64,000 nt of DNA. It comes from Anthoceros angustus. Taxonomy: Eukaryota > Plantae > Anthocerotophyta. Positions within the stretch are counted from its first letter, which is position 1; every line of letters begins with the position of its first letter. Of the stretch, positions 49,501 to 62,400 are shown piece after piece. The stretch spans positions 160,944 through 224,943 of the forward strand of contig VJWM01000250.1 in assembly GCA_010909165.1 (NCBI GenBank), read 5' to 3'. Both the position numbers and the translations under genes were made by a program. The notes below the pieces were generated by a model. That model was given only the letters and a program-made list of their open reading frames with translations. It had not been told where the DNA came from and searched no databases.

Positions 49501-50063
49501 TTTCTCCATTTCTCCTTGCATGATAGCTCTTGTGATTGATTCTTCTTGCCATGTTGTAACTTTATGTAAAACAATAAAGAAACAATGTTTTGTGCAAGGA
49601 AGAATGAGTAGAGTGCAAGAAGGAATAAGATGAAGAATGAGAGAGTGGCAATGAGCCATGAAACTTTAATGAATATAAAGGTTAATCATAGAAGAAGCCA
49701 AACTATTTTATTAGAAAACATGTTTGGTTGAATATAAGAAACTATAATAAGTATAAAAAGCTTCATATTACAAATACCAAAGGCATAAGAAAGGCGTTGC
49801 ATATTAGAAGAACATCTAGATTCACATCATAATGCATGATGAACTTAGTAATCAAACTTTGCTCTAATACCAAGTTTGAGGTGCTTTGCGGAAGCGTTTG
49901 ATCAAAGATAGTGCTTTACTAATTGATACAATTGATTACAAGAGGTGGGCTTTTATAGCCTGTGTCTGAAGAGTTGTACCTCTTCGGTACTAGATACCAA
50001 AGGGTATGACCACGCTGGGTTTAGCTATGCTAACCTTAACCAACGCGGTCTGTACTTCTAACT
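43533..50063 (-). mobile_element. Structurally complete, degenerate Ty1/Copia element with AG..CT termini
   Basis: LTRs 43533-43727 and 49873-50063. TSD TCAAG at 43528-32 and 50064-68. PBS tggtattagagc (rc of 49861-72) and PPT tgagagggag (rc of 43728-37). Motifs: IRSDNAGE, PYTSQQNGVAE, MKDLGKVKYILGM, HIEIQHHYIR. Excision restores host RT EEHVQHL|RKVLERL. Confidence 0.95.
48776..49552 (-). CDS. 258-aa S/H/Q-rich open frame in the Copia leader, upstream of gag; function unknown
   Basis: Uninterrupted ATG-initiated ORF in sense orientation between PBS and gag. No recognised domain. Confidence 0.3.
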   Translation of the reverse strand: MARRINHKSYHARRNGEIERRSRRRVHPRCSHNYNRLNSTFFNNLGSKIAFMLSNFFLQNDLLTSSTESTSSHQRSSRPWSSSGDTDLLRCCGDISSSEYNNSVSYHSHNTGTHSPYYTPTTPVQSHSLQNSSSQHSKRHDSNHSSKTAKKLYYADGRIASTSQDFQQNFQHIQHDNISQHSSQHHQQQPAMGSSPIASKATHIQPPIDNFLCSSSCEIAAGFSLDFGRMIMYPQMRSQGGIRSGLSNNVFSVFGEFG

Positions 50064-50227
50064 TCAAGTGTTGGACATGCTCTTCCAAGGTAGAACTGTA
50101 TATCATGATGTCATCCAAGTAGATCACAACACACTCATCCATCAGATCTTTGAATATAATATTCATGAGAGTCTGAAACGTGGCTGGTGCATTGGTGAGT
50201 CCAAATGGCATGACAAGGAACTCAAAA

Positions 50228-51008
50228 GAATAGGGAATTGGAATGGAGCAGTGAGCTTCACAGTTGTAGATATGGATGATCATGAAATCATCTTGGGCTT
50301 AGAATGGATGAAGGCCAACAAGGTATGTGTGAACGTGGACTCACGCACCATACAGATCTTAGGAGATGAAGAGCACAAAGTGAGTTGTGCAGTTCTCAAG
50401 CAGAGGCTTGGAGACAGCATCGAAGAAATCATCTCTAAGGAGAGCTCAAATGTTGTGTAAAGGATGGAGAGGAACTCTTTTTACTTGTGCTGCATGGACT
50501 AGAAGATGGCCTTGAAATGGAGTCTCAGATGTAGCCAAAGATTCCAAGGGAAGTGCAGGCTGTCTTGAATGAATTCAAGGACTTAATACCTAATGAGTTG
50601 CCTCCTTTACCTCCTTGAAGAATTGTAGATCATGAGATTGATCTAAAGCCAGGAAGTACACCGCCTTCAAGATCGCCATATAGATTATCGCACGATGAGC
50701 TACAAGAGCTGAATAGACAAATGTCTAACCTACTAGCCAAGGGCTATGTGAGAATCTCAAAGTCCTCATTTGGTGCGCCAATGTTGTTCACGTGCAAGAA
50801 GAATGGAGGATTGAGATTATGCTTGGATTATAGAGCACTCAATCAAATTACAGTAAAGAATTAATATCCTTTGCCAAGGATGGATGATTTATTTGACAGA
50901 TTGATAGGTGCTAAGTATTTCACCAAGTTGGATTTAATGGTTGACTATTACTAGATTCGCATCGCAGAAGGACATGAATATAAGACTGCTTGTAGAACGA
51001 GGTAGGCA
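50228..51008 (+). other. Internal inversion of the chromovirus protease-end/RT N-half
   Basis: The plus strand reads [37 protein letters not shown], while flanking protease and RT are on the minus strand. Breakpoints are approximate. Confidence 0.9.
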
Positions 51009-52325
51009 CTTCTTGCAACTCACCTATGTATTGCAGCATTCCTTTAGTTTGTTTCACTCTACATGGCTCAGATGTATTAGCCCATGTCAAACCAAGCTTG
51101 CTTGCCTTGCTAGGAAAAATGAAATGATGTGTTGCTGCCAAATCAAGCAACATCCTCGCTTCTGCTCCATTTAGACATCCATGTATATACGTGAGCTCTC
51201 CACCCGCCCTCCAAATAGTGCTGTCCTCAGCACTCTGAGACTCACCACATGCAGTCGTCGCAACATATGGCCGAACCCGTCACTTGGGATCCTCGGATCT
51301 AACACTTTTGTGATCCTGAGTCTTCGGGACTGTGGATTTCGTTCTGCTACATTGAGAGTCTGTTCAGCATTCGGGCATTCATTTGCATAATGTCCCGGCT
51401 CTCCACATGAGTAGCAGACTGTTTTTCGAGAACCCATTGTAATTGTTCTATGAGCTCCACGGCCTTTTCGCGCTCCTCGATTTCTTCCGTGGAAATTTCC
51501 TCTTGAATTGCCTCTTGTAATTCCATTAAGAGGCAATTCCATTTCCGCCAGTGTCCTTAGCAACTCCTCTGCTGGCACTACTAGAGCTTCCTGTAGCTTG
51601 GGCATACCGACCACGGGTATTGCCTCGAAACCTTCTCGAGGAGTTGGATGTACTAGAATGAAACGTATCTGGAATGGCATGTGCTGCTGTAATGGCCTCT
51701 GCCAATGTAGTTGGACTATGCAACTCAATTCTGTTAGCAGCCTTATCTTTCAAACCAGTCATAAAGCGATGCAGCTTATCATCCTCATTCATGGTAGTGC
51801 AATCCAGGACAGCTTCACTAAAGGTACTTACATAATCTCGTATAGTACCTGTCTGCTTGATATTGTCAAGCTATTGTCTACTCAAACGTGAAACATTCGC
51901 AGGTTGGAACTGCTTCTTAAGGGCTTTTTTGAAAGGTGCCCAGTCGGTGATGGTATGTGCTCGGTTACTCTGGGCAACATTAGCACCATAACTCTGCCAC
52001 CAGACCGAAGCATAGCCCTTTAAGAAATTGCCAACAGTATCTAAGTAGTACTCCAGCTCAAGACCAGATGAGGCGAGATAAGTCTCAACATAATAGATCT
52101 AAGAATCAATAACTTGCAGATCTCTTTCTCCCTCATATTTATCTGGTAGAGCTAACTTCATGCTCGAATTCGAAGCCACTTTGAAGATGCCTGTTGAATT
52201 CGCCGGAAGATTTCTTGTTGATCTTCCACATCTTCGCCTTGGTGAGCTGTGGGCTCTGGATTCTTCTTTGTCCTTTTCCTTGAAGTCATCACATTGTCCA
52301 AGACACCTAGAAGAATTTGATAAAG
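51009..52325 (-). pseudogene. Chromovirus gag (zinc knuckle) and protease start
   Basis: EDDKLHRFMTGLK, CYSCGEPGHYANEC, MLLDLAATHHFI. The gag N-terminus continues at 54441-54624. Confidence 0.85.
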
Positions 52326-54440
52326 AACAGCGTCTGTTTAGAAAGGGGTTTCTCCTGTCAAAAGGGGTTTTGGAGAAAATCCCAACCCTATATCGCCGGA
52401 AACTGAAGTTGGTTTGGTATTTGTTGGTTTTTGTAGGTGCTCATCCATCGGTTTCGGGCATTCTGCTCAAAGCTTTACCACTTCTGTGGAGTCATTTACA
52501 TGACGCCTTATACTCGAGTTCATGGCGATTTAGTCGGTGTGATGAAGGGCCATGACCTCATTGTTCCATAATTTCCTCATGTCCATAGTTTACGCATTTT
52601 GTGGTTTTGTATGTTTTGTATACGGGGGCCTAGGCACGCATAAGTGCGTGCCTAAACAACGCTTATGTGCAAACTTGACCCATGCTGCAGCCACCAAAGA
52701 AACGACGATCTTCTAATGGGAAGCATGTCCTTTTGGCGGTCTACGAGGATGCCATTCCCGACAAAATAACAAGTAGCGGAACATCGTGCGGAGGTTCACC
52801 TAGACCACTCTTATATACCTATCCTATGCCCTAATGCGTGAGAAGAATACCTATCCCTTTTATTCTTTACGGTGTTTAAAGTCTCTTTCGGTGGTGATCT
52901 AGTACCGGGTTATCATCAAACATGCGAGGCCCAAATGAGTGAACAAGTGCATGCACCGGGGCAAGGGGCGGGTGTGCGCACAAGTGCGCACTTGTGCGCG
53001 CACCACCCAGCAGGGGGCAGTGTGCACACCAGGGGCAAGGATGCCGGTGCGCGCACTTGTGCGCGCGCACCACGGGGCAAGGGGCGGGTGTGCGCACTTG
53101 TGCGCGCACTGGGGCAAGGATGCCGGTGCGCGCACTTGTGCGCGCACTGGGGCAAGGATGCCAGGTCTGCCTTGTCTTCAGGGGCAAGATCTTGGGTCGC
53201 CTTGTCTTGGCGCACCAGGGGCAAGGATGCCGGTGCGCGCACTGTGGGGGCAGGATGCCCGGTGCGCGCACTTGTGCGCCGCACTGTGGGCAAGGATGCC
53301 GGTGCGCGCACTTGTGCGCGCACTTGTGCGCGCACTGGGGCAAGGATGCCCGGTGCGCGCACTTGTGCGGCACCAGGGGCAAGGATGCCGGCAGCACTTG
53401 TGCGCGCACTGGGGCAAGGATGCCGGTGCGCGCACCACGGGGCAGGGGCTCGGTGCGCACAAGGTGTGCACCGGGGCAAGAAGGCCCAAGTGTGCACATA
53501 AGTGCGCACTTGTGCGCGCACCAAGGTCAAGAAGGGCCTGGGAGCATGAACCCAAATTGTTGAATGCCTCCTAGTGCATTCCCAGTTCATCCAAAGAAAA
53601 AAGAGCAAAAGCCTAAAAAATTCTAAAAACCCTTAAAAATTACAAAAGTCCAGTTTTTGAGGCAGCACAAGTGCGCACTTGCTCTAAAATTTTGACAATT
53701 TTTGGATTTTTTGCATGTTTTTGATATTTTGTTGTTTTAAAGGGTTCCTTCGGCGTTTTCAACCTTTTTGTGCGGCTCCCTAATGTGGATGTTGTTCTTA
53801 TCTTTACTTAACCTCATCTTTTTCTAGTGGTTAAAATTTGAACTTAAACTTTGAACTAGTAGTGAGAACCTTTTGCATCTTTTGAATCTTAAGGCGGTTG
53901 GCGTGGGCCCGGCTCTAAGTGCAGACCATGCCACTCTCATTCTCACACTAGGCGTGGATCAAGAGCATCGAGGCTAAAGAAGATATTATTGTCCCAATGT
54001 CTAAGGAACAAAGGCACATAAAATTTTTGGAGAGGTATAGTCATAGGATTGACTAGTATGAATGAAAGGTAGGTGCATAAGTTTGCGCAGTCAGCAAGCC
54101 TAAAACTCTAAATGTTTTGTATCGTCCAACACGCAATGATCGCGGATGTTGGGCTATTTAGATGTAAGTCTTGGCGCATAAGTTTGCGTCGAATTTTGTG
54201 TCGATTTGAAAAAAAGCCGAGCGAGAATGGGACTTTAGGTTTTGCCACGTACTTGCAATCTACAATCTCAAATAACGTGTATCAAAACAATTATTCAAAA
54301 GGTTGCGGGTAACATGTCTGTAGAGAAATATCAAAAAGCCTGATTATAGTGCGGATTTTTTCAAGTGCAAAAAGGGGTCCGGCCAAGTCCGTGTGCAAAA
54401 AGGGGTTTCAGGAGAAACCCCTTTCTAAACAGACGCTGTT
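52326..54440. mobile_element. Non-autonomous TIR DNA transposon (~2.1 kb) inserted in gag
   Basis: Perfect inverted repeats (aa)cagcgtctgtttagaaaggggtttctcctg / caggagaaacccctttctaaacagacgctg(tt). Flanks give TSD AAAG or an imperfect 8-mer (ataaagaa/ttaaagca). No transposase. Confidence 0.9.
52950..53530. repeat. GC-rich minisatellite with palindromic cores
   Basis: Variable ~35-45 bp units ggggcaaggatgccggtgcgcgcacttgtgcgcgcact; gtgcgcgcac is self-complementary. Confidence 0.95.
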
Positions 54441-56431
54441 AAAGCACTTCCACCATATGTTTCTTCCGGTTCTCTGACTTCTCTCCAGATGGGCCTGCTG
54501 TGTTCTGAAGCGGCGCTCTCACTTCCTCTTCTTCTGACGATGATGAATCTTCAGGCGGTTGAGGCGGATGATCGCCGGGAGAGTGCTGCTTCTTCATCCT
54601 CTCCTTGCGCTTCTTATTGACCATCTTGTGCACTCTCAAGTTACTCGGAGGAATGGACGATGCTCTTATACCACATAGTAGCACTCCTCACCGCACAACT
54701 AGTAAGGAAGCGACAAGTGCTGGCTTCCCACCAGTCTAGGACCTCGTCAATTCACTCCTCAAGAGACTTGAACGATTCTTAACGCTCTCAACCTCACAAC
54801 ACAACACTATGCTCCAAGTAGCCAACACTAGGCTCAAAGTAGCCCGCCATCCACTAACGACTTGCAAGCCACCTCCTCGAGGTGCTACTCCTTATTGAAA
54901 GAATACAACAATGGAATCTAGCTATCTACGCCCAACTGGCTACTGCCCTTGATTCCACGACAAGCTCACTAGCTAGCTCTCCATAGCTCTCTCAACACAA
55001 GGCTTGAAGTGCATACTTGCCTGCTCTCTCAAAGAGTGAGTGTCTCCTCCTCTTCCTGAAAGCCCTTGCTCTAGCCCTTGCTCTAGCCCTTATGTATCCC
55101 ATAGCCTGACCTCAACTAGGCAGCTATTAAATCTAGGGATTCTTACAAACCATTGATCACTAAGAGTCCTCTATAGGCAGCTCTTCATTTGTAGCTGTAG
55201 CAATTCCTCGCTAACAGGAGATTGCATGAAGCATGGAACACATACATCTTCTTAACAAGCTACTAGCTTAATTTTTTACCTCTTTTAACTTTTCACTTTT
55301 TATCTTATTTCATGCTTACTCTTGAGCCATATGCAAAAATCTCGGGTTCAATGAGGGTCTAGGATTTGTAGAGAGAAGGGATACCGTGTAACGGTAACGG
55401 AAACTCCATGGGTTGTAGGTGCCATCGTGGCAGCTAAAGGGTGGGACCGACCCGCCATTTACAGACGCGAGGGGCGGATATGCTGCCAAGGCCGGGCACC
55501 GTGGTGGCGAACGCAATTAGAACCGCAATCTTCGCGGCCGCACCATGAGCTGCGTTTCACGTCTCAAGCCGCCCCGCCTCTCACCTGTTTGAGCGGCTTC
55601 TTTCCGATTCGTTGGCGCTTCAATGGCACTTCTTCTCCAGATGTCCATGACTCTCTCTTCGATTCATTGAAGTTATCCTAACCCGTTTGAGGTGTGGAAG
55701 ACATGAGAAGATGCAGCTCGGAGAGGTGGTGAGGCTCTGACTTTTCACGGAATTTTGGGTGCCAAAATCAAGCTGCAATAGTAGTTTTCCGTCAGTAAGA
55801 TCTCGATTTGAGGCGCACCGGTGTGGTGGGGTTAAAAACAAAACACTTTCGGGTGGTGCAGCACAGAGGTCAACCGGGCCATACCGGAAGCCCCCGTTGG
55901 TCTCGTGCCACGGTGAGCTCAATAAGTGGGTCAGCCCCGCCTTTGACCTATGCGAGGCGCTGATCCTCCGCCAACCGTGCGAATTTTGGTCTGGAGTCTG
56001 CGTTGAAGTGGGGGTGGTGTCCACTTCCGAGCACGAAACCCGCTACAGATCTTCGTGTTCGTCACGAGTGCCAAATAAGCTGACAAATGACTGTGTAAGT
56101 GAGGTTTTGTGGCAAACGTCTGTAATTCTATGCGCACTTGTTGTGATGCAGCTCTTCGGCCAACACTGTTAAGCCAGCTCGCGACCGGGCGCGGAACTGC
56201 AGTGTCCAGGCGGAGTATGAACCTACTCTGTGGAAAGGGGCTAGTCCATGAGGGACACTACGAGAAAGAATGATCGCAGCCTTCATTTTGAAGAAGTTAT
56301 GGGTACAAGTATTGTGTGGACAAGGGAGACTATAGTTGACTGACGAGTCCCCTAAAAGGGACGTGGTCGAGCTGACCCGTGTTGATTGCATGACCACGCA
56401 CGCTCCACCAGCTTGTTGCGTATCGGGAGAT

Positions 56432-59400
56432 ATGGAGAAAGCTTTGCTGCTCCGGGAGATTGTGAACAATCTATTCTACTCTCAGTACGAACAATTCAGG
56501 GCCTTCCTTCATCTACTCGGTGAAAAGGATCCTGGTTTTGCTCTCAACGTGCTACACTCCATACTTCACAAGGGTGGGCGAGTGCAGGGCGTACTATGGT
56601 CGGAAAGTATCCCATCTGCTTCCCATCTGGCTTGGCTTTGCTTACGGGACTATGATACTTTGCAAAATAAGTTGGAAAGGGCAAGCTGGACTAAGTTTGT
56701 GTCCATGACACATGCCTGTGAGTTACTCCTTTATGTTGAGGAGCTCGGCAGATGTCTTGAAGAGGAGATGCCTTTGTCGGAAACGAACGACAGGAGTCTC
56801 TCAGGTTTGGGACTATTCCAACGTTTTATTAACGGCCGGTCAGTGATCGCGCCTTCTGAGAGGAATCGTGTGTTGCAGCTTCAGGGCAGGAGGACTGTGC
56901 ATCCACAGCTTGGTCTGGCCCATCTGTGGATGCTGCATTCACGCAGCAGGCAATTGGGTCTGGTTTTCAAGTGCTGGAACAAGTGTCTACGGCAATCATT
57001 CATCTCGTCAGGCACTTGGGTGCCCATGAACATTTCCAGGGAGAATCAGAGCCCGAATGTGTAAACTTGGAACTCAACAATTGTGATCCTCAGGGCCGAG
57101 GTACAAGAACAAAGCATGGCTTAGGTGCTACACATGGCCACGTGGAGTCTGCCCAGGAAAGTAGATATGAAGGTGTGGGATGCTTTGTTGACAGTCCTGA
57201 GAACATACTAGAGAAACTCATGCTCGCAGTGCCAGAATTATTCTCTGCATTTTGTAAAGCCTGTGCAGAGTGGGGTTTGCTACCTTCTGAAACAGTAAGC
57301 AGTGCTTGCACCGGGGAGAGCCTGAAAACACGATATGTTTCCATGGTGGACCTTGATGGGCTGTGCAAGGTGACAAGTTTGGCGCCCTCTTTGACATCTG
57401 ATGAGGATATGTTATGTCTACATTCACTGGTGCGAATCATATTGCCAAGAGCACATATGCGAGCTATGAGGAATAATCTGCAGGCTAAGTTTATGGTAAA
57501 AGCGGCCCAGCATCTTCGTTACTTGAATGAGTCCTTCCTGGTTGCAGACCCCGCTTACAGGTAGGTCTTCGAGAGACAGTTCAGGTCGGGCGACTGCATT
57601 TTACTGAATTCCAGCAGTTGTATGATGCTCTGCTGTATGTGACATCTTAACGTTTTGCAGAGATGTTATCAAAGTTCTTCTTACAGAAGCATTTAAGGAG
57701 GCTTGTGGAGATCATTTGTGGCCTACAGCTGGAAAACTCAAAAGTCTGCGAGTTGTTTTATGCTCAGAAATGTTGGCCTCTGGTGGAACGTCTATCTGCT
57801 TGTTGTTTGAGGTATCTGTGTGAACTACCGTGCCAGGGTTCAGATGTTTCAACCCGTTTGGTTGCTATCCTTATCAGTAATACTCTGTGGCTGTGATTTA
57901 GTCCATGCAAGACAATATATTGCGTGAGGAAGTTACTAGGAGCACCCAGGCCAGTAAAGATTTACTTTCTGCACTTCTTGCATGCATGCACAAACATTTG
58001 AGAAATATCCATGCACGGGAAGTATCTATCGAGACCAAGACACAGGCCAAAGATGCTGTTTTTGTGAATATCAAGTGTGACATATTCCAGTATGCATACG
58101 TTCATGGAGCACAGGCAATCGGCGAAGTGGTCTATGCCACTCTTTTGCTTTTGGATGGTCTGCAGTTCCACGCAGCTGCTGATGTATGTCATGGAAGATT
58201 GCTGGATGTCATGAATTTTTTTCTTCAAGATTTGTACCCTTCACTTGTGGCAAACATGCCAGATTCTGTCTTGCTCTGTTAGGTTAAATTACTGATGTAC
58301 ATTTGCACCAGGTTCTTGCTCCTTTTCCCCATCTACAACCGATAATAGCTGTCATGGGTTGGGATCTGCTCTTCATGAAGACATCAGCACTCCAGAAGAT
58401 GGTTCAGATACTTTGGGTCTGTAGGCCAAAATTCACACACATTGACAGAGGAGCCGATGGGGTTGGTGGCACTTAATTTTTTGAATGATCTGGTCCTTCT
58501 TGTCTTTGGAGTTTAGTTGTGCATTTCTAATTGGCTCAGAACGAGTTGCAGATTGCTGCTGTGGAATACCTTTGTGAAGAGCTTCGCTTCCGTCTGGAGG
58601 TTGCCTATTTTGTCTCTGACCTCTCTGTAGATTGGGCATCGAAAAGGAGAGGTTCGATCTTCAATTGCCGTGCAAATTCAGGTACTGAAGACTGTGCGTT
58701 TTGCATGTCGTGTTTGCAAACGAATTTGTTGATTACAATTTCATTCTCATGTCTGGCCAAAGTACTAAGCTGGAGCTCATATAGGTCCGCATGAAGAAAT
58801 TGAGACTGGCGACCCTGCAGATCCTTTTGTTGCCAATCTTGTTCTTGAGCATTTACAAATGCAGTCCCCTATGCGTGTGAGTTCTCAACTTACAAGGGTG
58901 CAGATGTGCATCTTCCACCATGCTCATGTTTGTATGTTCTGTCCACTGAAGCTTTACAAGCTGAAGTATTGGGAGTATTTTTCTGTAATCCTGAGCTGGG
59001 CTGCTACTGAACTAGTTTTGAGTTTTTGCAGGTTATCTTTCAATTTCTCCCCGATATTTATCCTCATGATGCTTTATTTCTCTTGGGCAAGCAACCAACT
59101 GCATCTCCCCCAGTCTCCGGAATGGGAAGGTCTGGCCCACTGTTCCCCATATTTTTCATGGTAAAAGTAAAGCGGGACTTGGTGCTAACTTAGCAAGTGC
59201 ACCTTTGACTAATTAAGACTGCGCTACAAAGATGTCATACCCTGAGCTACTCTCAGAACTGATAGTGCTACCATGAATTGCATTATTTGCAGGGAAGAAG
59301 ATCTTGAGTTGATCCATATGTATTTTGGGATTATGGCTGCAATTCGATTACTGTGTATCTTGAAAATTGATGTTTCTATGAATCCCGAACTAGCAGCAGC

Positions 59401-62400
59401 AAAAGAGAACAATGGTCATATCCTCTCGGACGTCCAGGAGCACTTGGAGCTGGTTTGCACGCCTGCTCGCTGGGTAAGTACGTTGACTTTCTTTGCCACC
59501 ATTTGCGTGACTGGCTTTCTGTGTGAAATGTAAAATCAGAAGTACGTCTGCTGTAACCTCGTGGCCTGTCTCTATGCTGCAGTTGTGGATGCTCAATGCT
59601 GTTGTCTCTATCTTTTATCTGGGGCTGGAAGTGGTGGAATCTAAGCACACTACCCAAGAGATAGCAGCTGATCAGCCTGCTGTGCACAAGTGTTTGGTGG
59701 CAAGGGACGGTGGGATGAATGCAGGCAGCTTGATGGACGTGTCTGTGATGGCTGAGTTCTTAACTATCGTCAAGACAATTCTGTCAGCTAAAAGGGGCTT
59801 GGCAAGAATTCAATGTGACTTGGAGGAAAAAGGGAGCTCCACAAACTGGGCTGGAAGAGCCTCACAGGTGGAAATGATTGTTGATGACTGGAGCTGGCGC
59901 ATGGAAGGCATGCAGCGGCTGAGTGGTCAGCGATTGCCTTGGACCTACGTATTGATAGCCTCTCCTTCGACTTTCTTGAACATGTAATCCACACCATCTG
60001 TTGGTGGCTCTGTACTGGAATTCCATGTTTCTGATATTCTTGCCTGTACGAGCCCCCTAGTTAAATTTCAAGTTTGTCTCAGTCAAATGAACGTCCTGCA
60101 ATTCCAGATCCCTGCTTTTTCAACTGAACTGTGCTTTCTACACGTTGTATACAGATGCCTGCAGAAATGCTGTTATGACCTTGGGAGAGATACTTTGGAC
60201 CGGTTTGATCTGCCTACCCATGAAGTTGCTTCACTATTGCTGGCCGAATGGATAGACAGGGTCCACCCCTTTCCTTGAGATCCCTGAAGTTTGTAGCATA
60301 ATTTTCTGCCAAACTGGAGTCATGTCCTTGGTATGGTTTGAGATGAAGGTTTTACGTCTGGCTGCAGTGAACCTTGCCCAATTAGTTCTTGGTGTCTTAC
60401 TCTGAGATGTTGTGTCGCTTGAATGTACATCATGTTGATGTTGTTCAAGTGTCCATCTTATAGGTGGAGGCCTCAAAGGTCAGATATGTTGACGGAATTT
60501 CCATTCCAAATGATGCTTTGGACCAAGTACATGATGCAACTCTCTCCGCTCTTTCCAATGTGAGTGTTGGCTCTTAAGTTCCGCCCATGTTCCGCCTTCT
60601 GGAGTTCTGACAGTGCCACTTGTTCGTTGTTAGGCAATCCTCTGTCTGGACTTCTGTATTGCATATTCAGGTTCAATTCAGACATCATTGGCTCTTCTTA
60701 ATGAGGTACAAAGTTCTACTGACCTAATCATACGTCCATACTGTTTGTTTTAAAGGCTAAGGCTACTTGCAGCAATTAAAGGCTTGCAGGGGATTATGTT
60801 GTGCAACTGCGGTATGCAGGCATCTAAAACATTGGCAGTGAACGAGGGAAAGCATTTTCTTTCAGAAACAGCTGACATCACACGTGTTAGTAAGCATCTT
60901 GTGGATCATATTAGGGAGGCTTTCTCACAGGTGAGGATGGGATTCTCTAAGCTTCGCTGGTGCATGGAATGATATTTGTTCAATCACCATAGTATTGAAA
61001 CGACATGGCCCTATGTCTCTTCTTGGCTCATTGCACTCAACATGGGTGTTGTTAACTACAGGACCACTTCAGATCCATGCAGACAGAGTTCGTGAGACCC
61101 TACATAGGTGCTGATCCTCGCCAAGGCCCTAGACTGCGGGCCCTGCTTTTGCTGCAGCAAGTCATTGGTGATGCTTCCAGTGGGAAAAGGCAGTTTCTAA
61201 GTGGTACAATGCTGAGATTTGCAATTAGTGTGTGCAAAGACCTCCACTCTAGTGGTTAGCTGGGCAATGTTGACACTGTGTTCATGTCTGTGTGAAGGTA
61301 AACTTCACAATATTGTGAAAGCCCTGGCTGATGACGAGGCCGATGACATAGGGGTCAGACCGGAAAGTGTTGACAGTAAGCATTGGCATTTTGAGGCAGG
61401 GGTGGCACTCGGTCTTGGCTTTGCTGTCATTGCCAGCCTAGGCACTGGTGCTGGGGTAAGCCTGCCATTTGGCGAAATAGTGCCATATCCTGTGGTAAAA
61501 GGAGGGAGACGATGGCTGAGCTCTTTGGGCAGCAAACCATTGGGCTTTCTTTCTGCCTTCACCCTGTACATTGCGACAATTGGCGATGTTGTTGATGGAG
61601 TGGATACAACCCATGACTTCAATTTCTTCTCTTTGATATGCCAATCGCCTAAGGATGTGTGTCCTTTCAGATTCTGCTTTCACTCTTCATCTTCATCTCT
61701 TCTGCCTTCTGCATGGAAATAAACCTTGCTTGGAAACCTGATGCTAATCATGGCTTCCTTGCAGCTGTTGACACGTCTCAGCTTTGAAGAAATCAGTTTC
61801 GATGCGGCAGTAAAGGTTGCTGAAATAATGGGCGTCGACTTGGTCCAGCATGTGATATCTGTGAGCGCACATTGTGTGCATCCTCCTTATGCGGCTAAAG
61901 GATGGGCTACAATTCATGAAGCCCTGCATCTAAAATTCAGCTTGTCGTCAAATATTGGGGGACTGGCCAAGGAGACTGGCCACAACTTGTGGCTGGATGG
62001 GATCAAACATCTTATGACAATTTCCCCTCCTCGGGCAACTTTGGTCTGTGTCTTTGGTAATAACAAATGCTCAGCATGGTCAGAAGATTGTGCACAAACG
62101 CAGCAGGATTGTGCCCGAGCTCTTTTTGAGTTCACTTTGGAGCAATCAGAGAAGTAAGCACTCATGGAAATGCCTTGAAATATTGCTTGACTAGGTCTGT
62201 AATCTTTACCATTGGTATGTGCAGTTTTCCCATCCTGAACCGCTGGATCCAGATGCAAGTGAATCTCCAACGGCTTTCATGTTTTCCCAACAACCGTAGT
62301 TGCAAAAACTGTGACAAGATGGTGGCTGGGCAAAAGACATTGAAACGGCTGCACAGCAGCTTAGATGAACCTCAGGAAAGGCAAGAAGATGATCAGTCTT

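Larger units (their letters stand above)
41130..55320 (-). mobile_element. Ty3/Gypsy chromovirus, degenerate, with nested Copia, TIR element and internal inversion
   Basis: 5' LTR ~54677-55320 shares ~190 bp with 41130-41323. PBS tggtataagagc (rc of 54662-54673) and PPT tgggggag (rc of 41324-41331). Motifs: [51 protein letters not shown], and chromodomain-like EYLVRLHGYADPIWVSLEDV. Confidence 0.9.

Noticed and set aside
52872-53608. Several 190-230 aa ORFs on both strands
   Set aside because: Artefacts of a stop-free GC-rich minisatellite; they give repetitive CAH/ART peptides.
55321-56335. Short ORFs upstream of ZFYVE26
   Set aside because: No recognisable domain or exon structure; probably promoter/intergenic sequence.
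56336-57064. ORF-track 242-aa protein as a standalone CDS
   Set aside because: Family similarity begins at ATG 56432, and the frame reads through intron 56805-56878.
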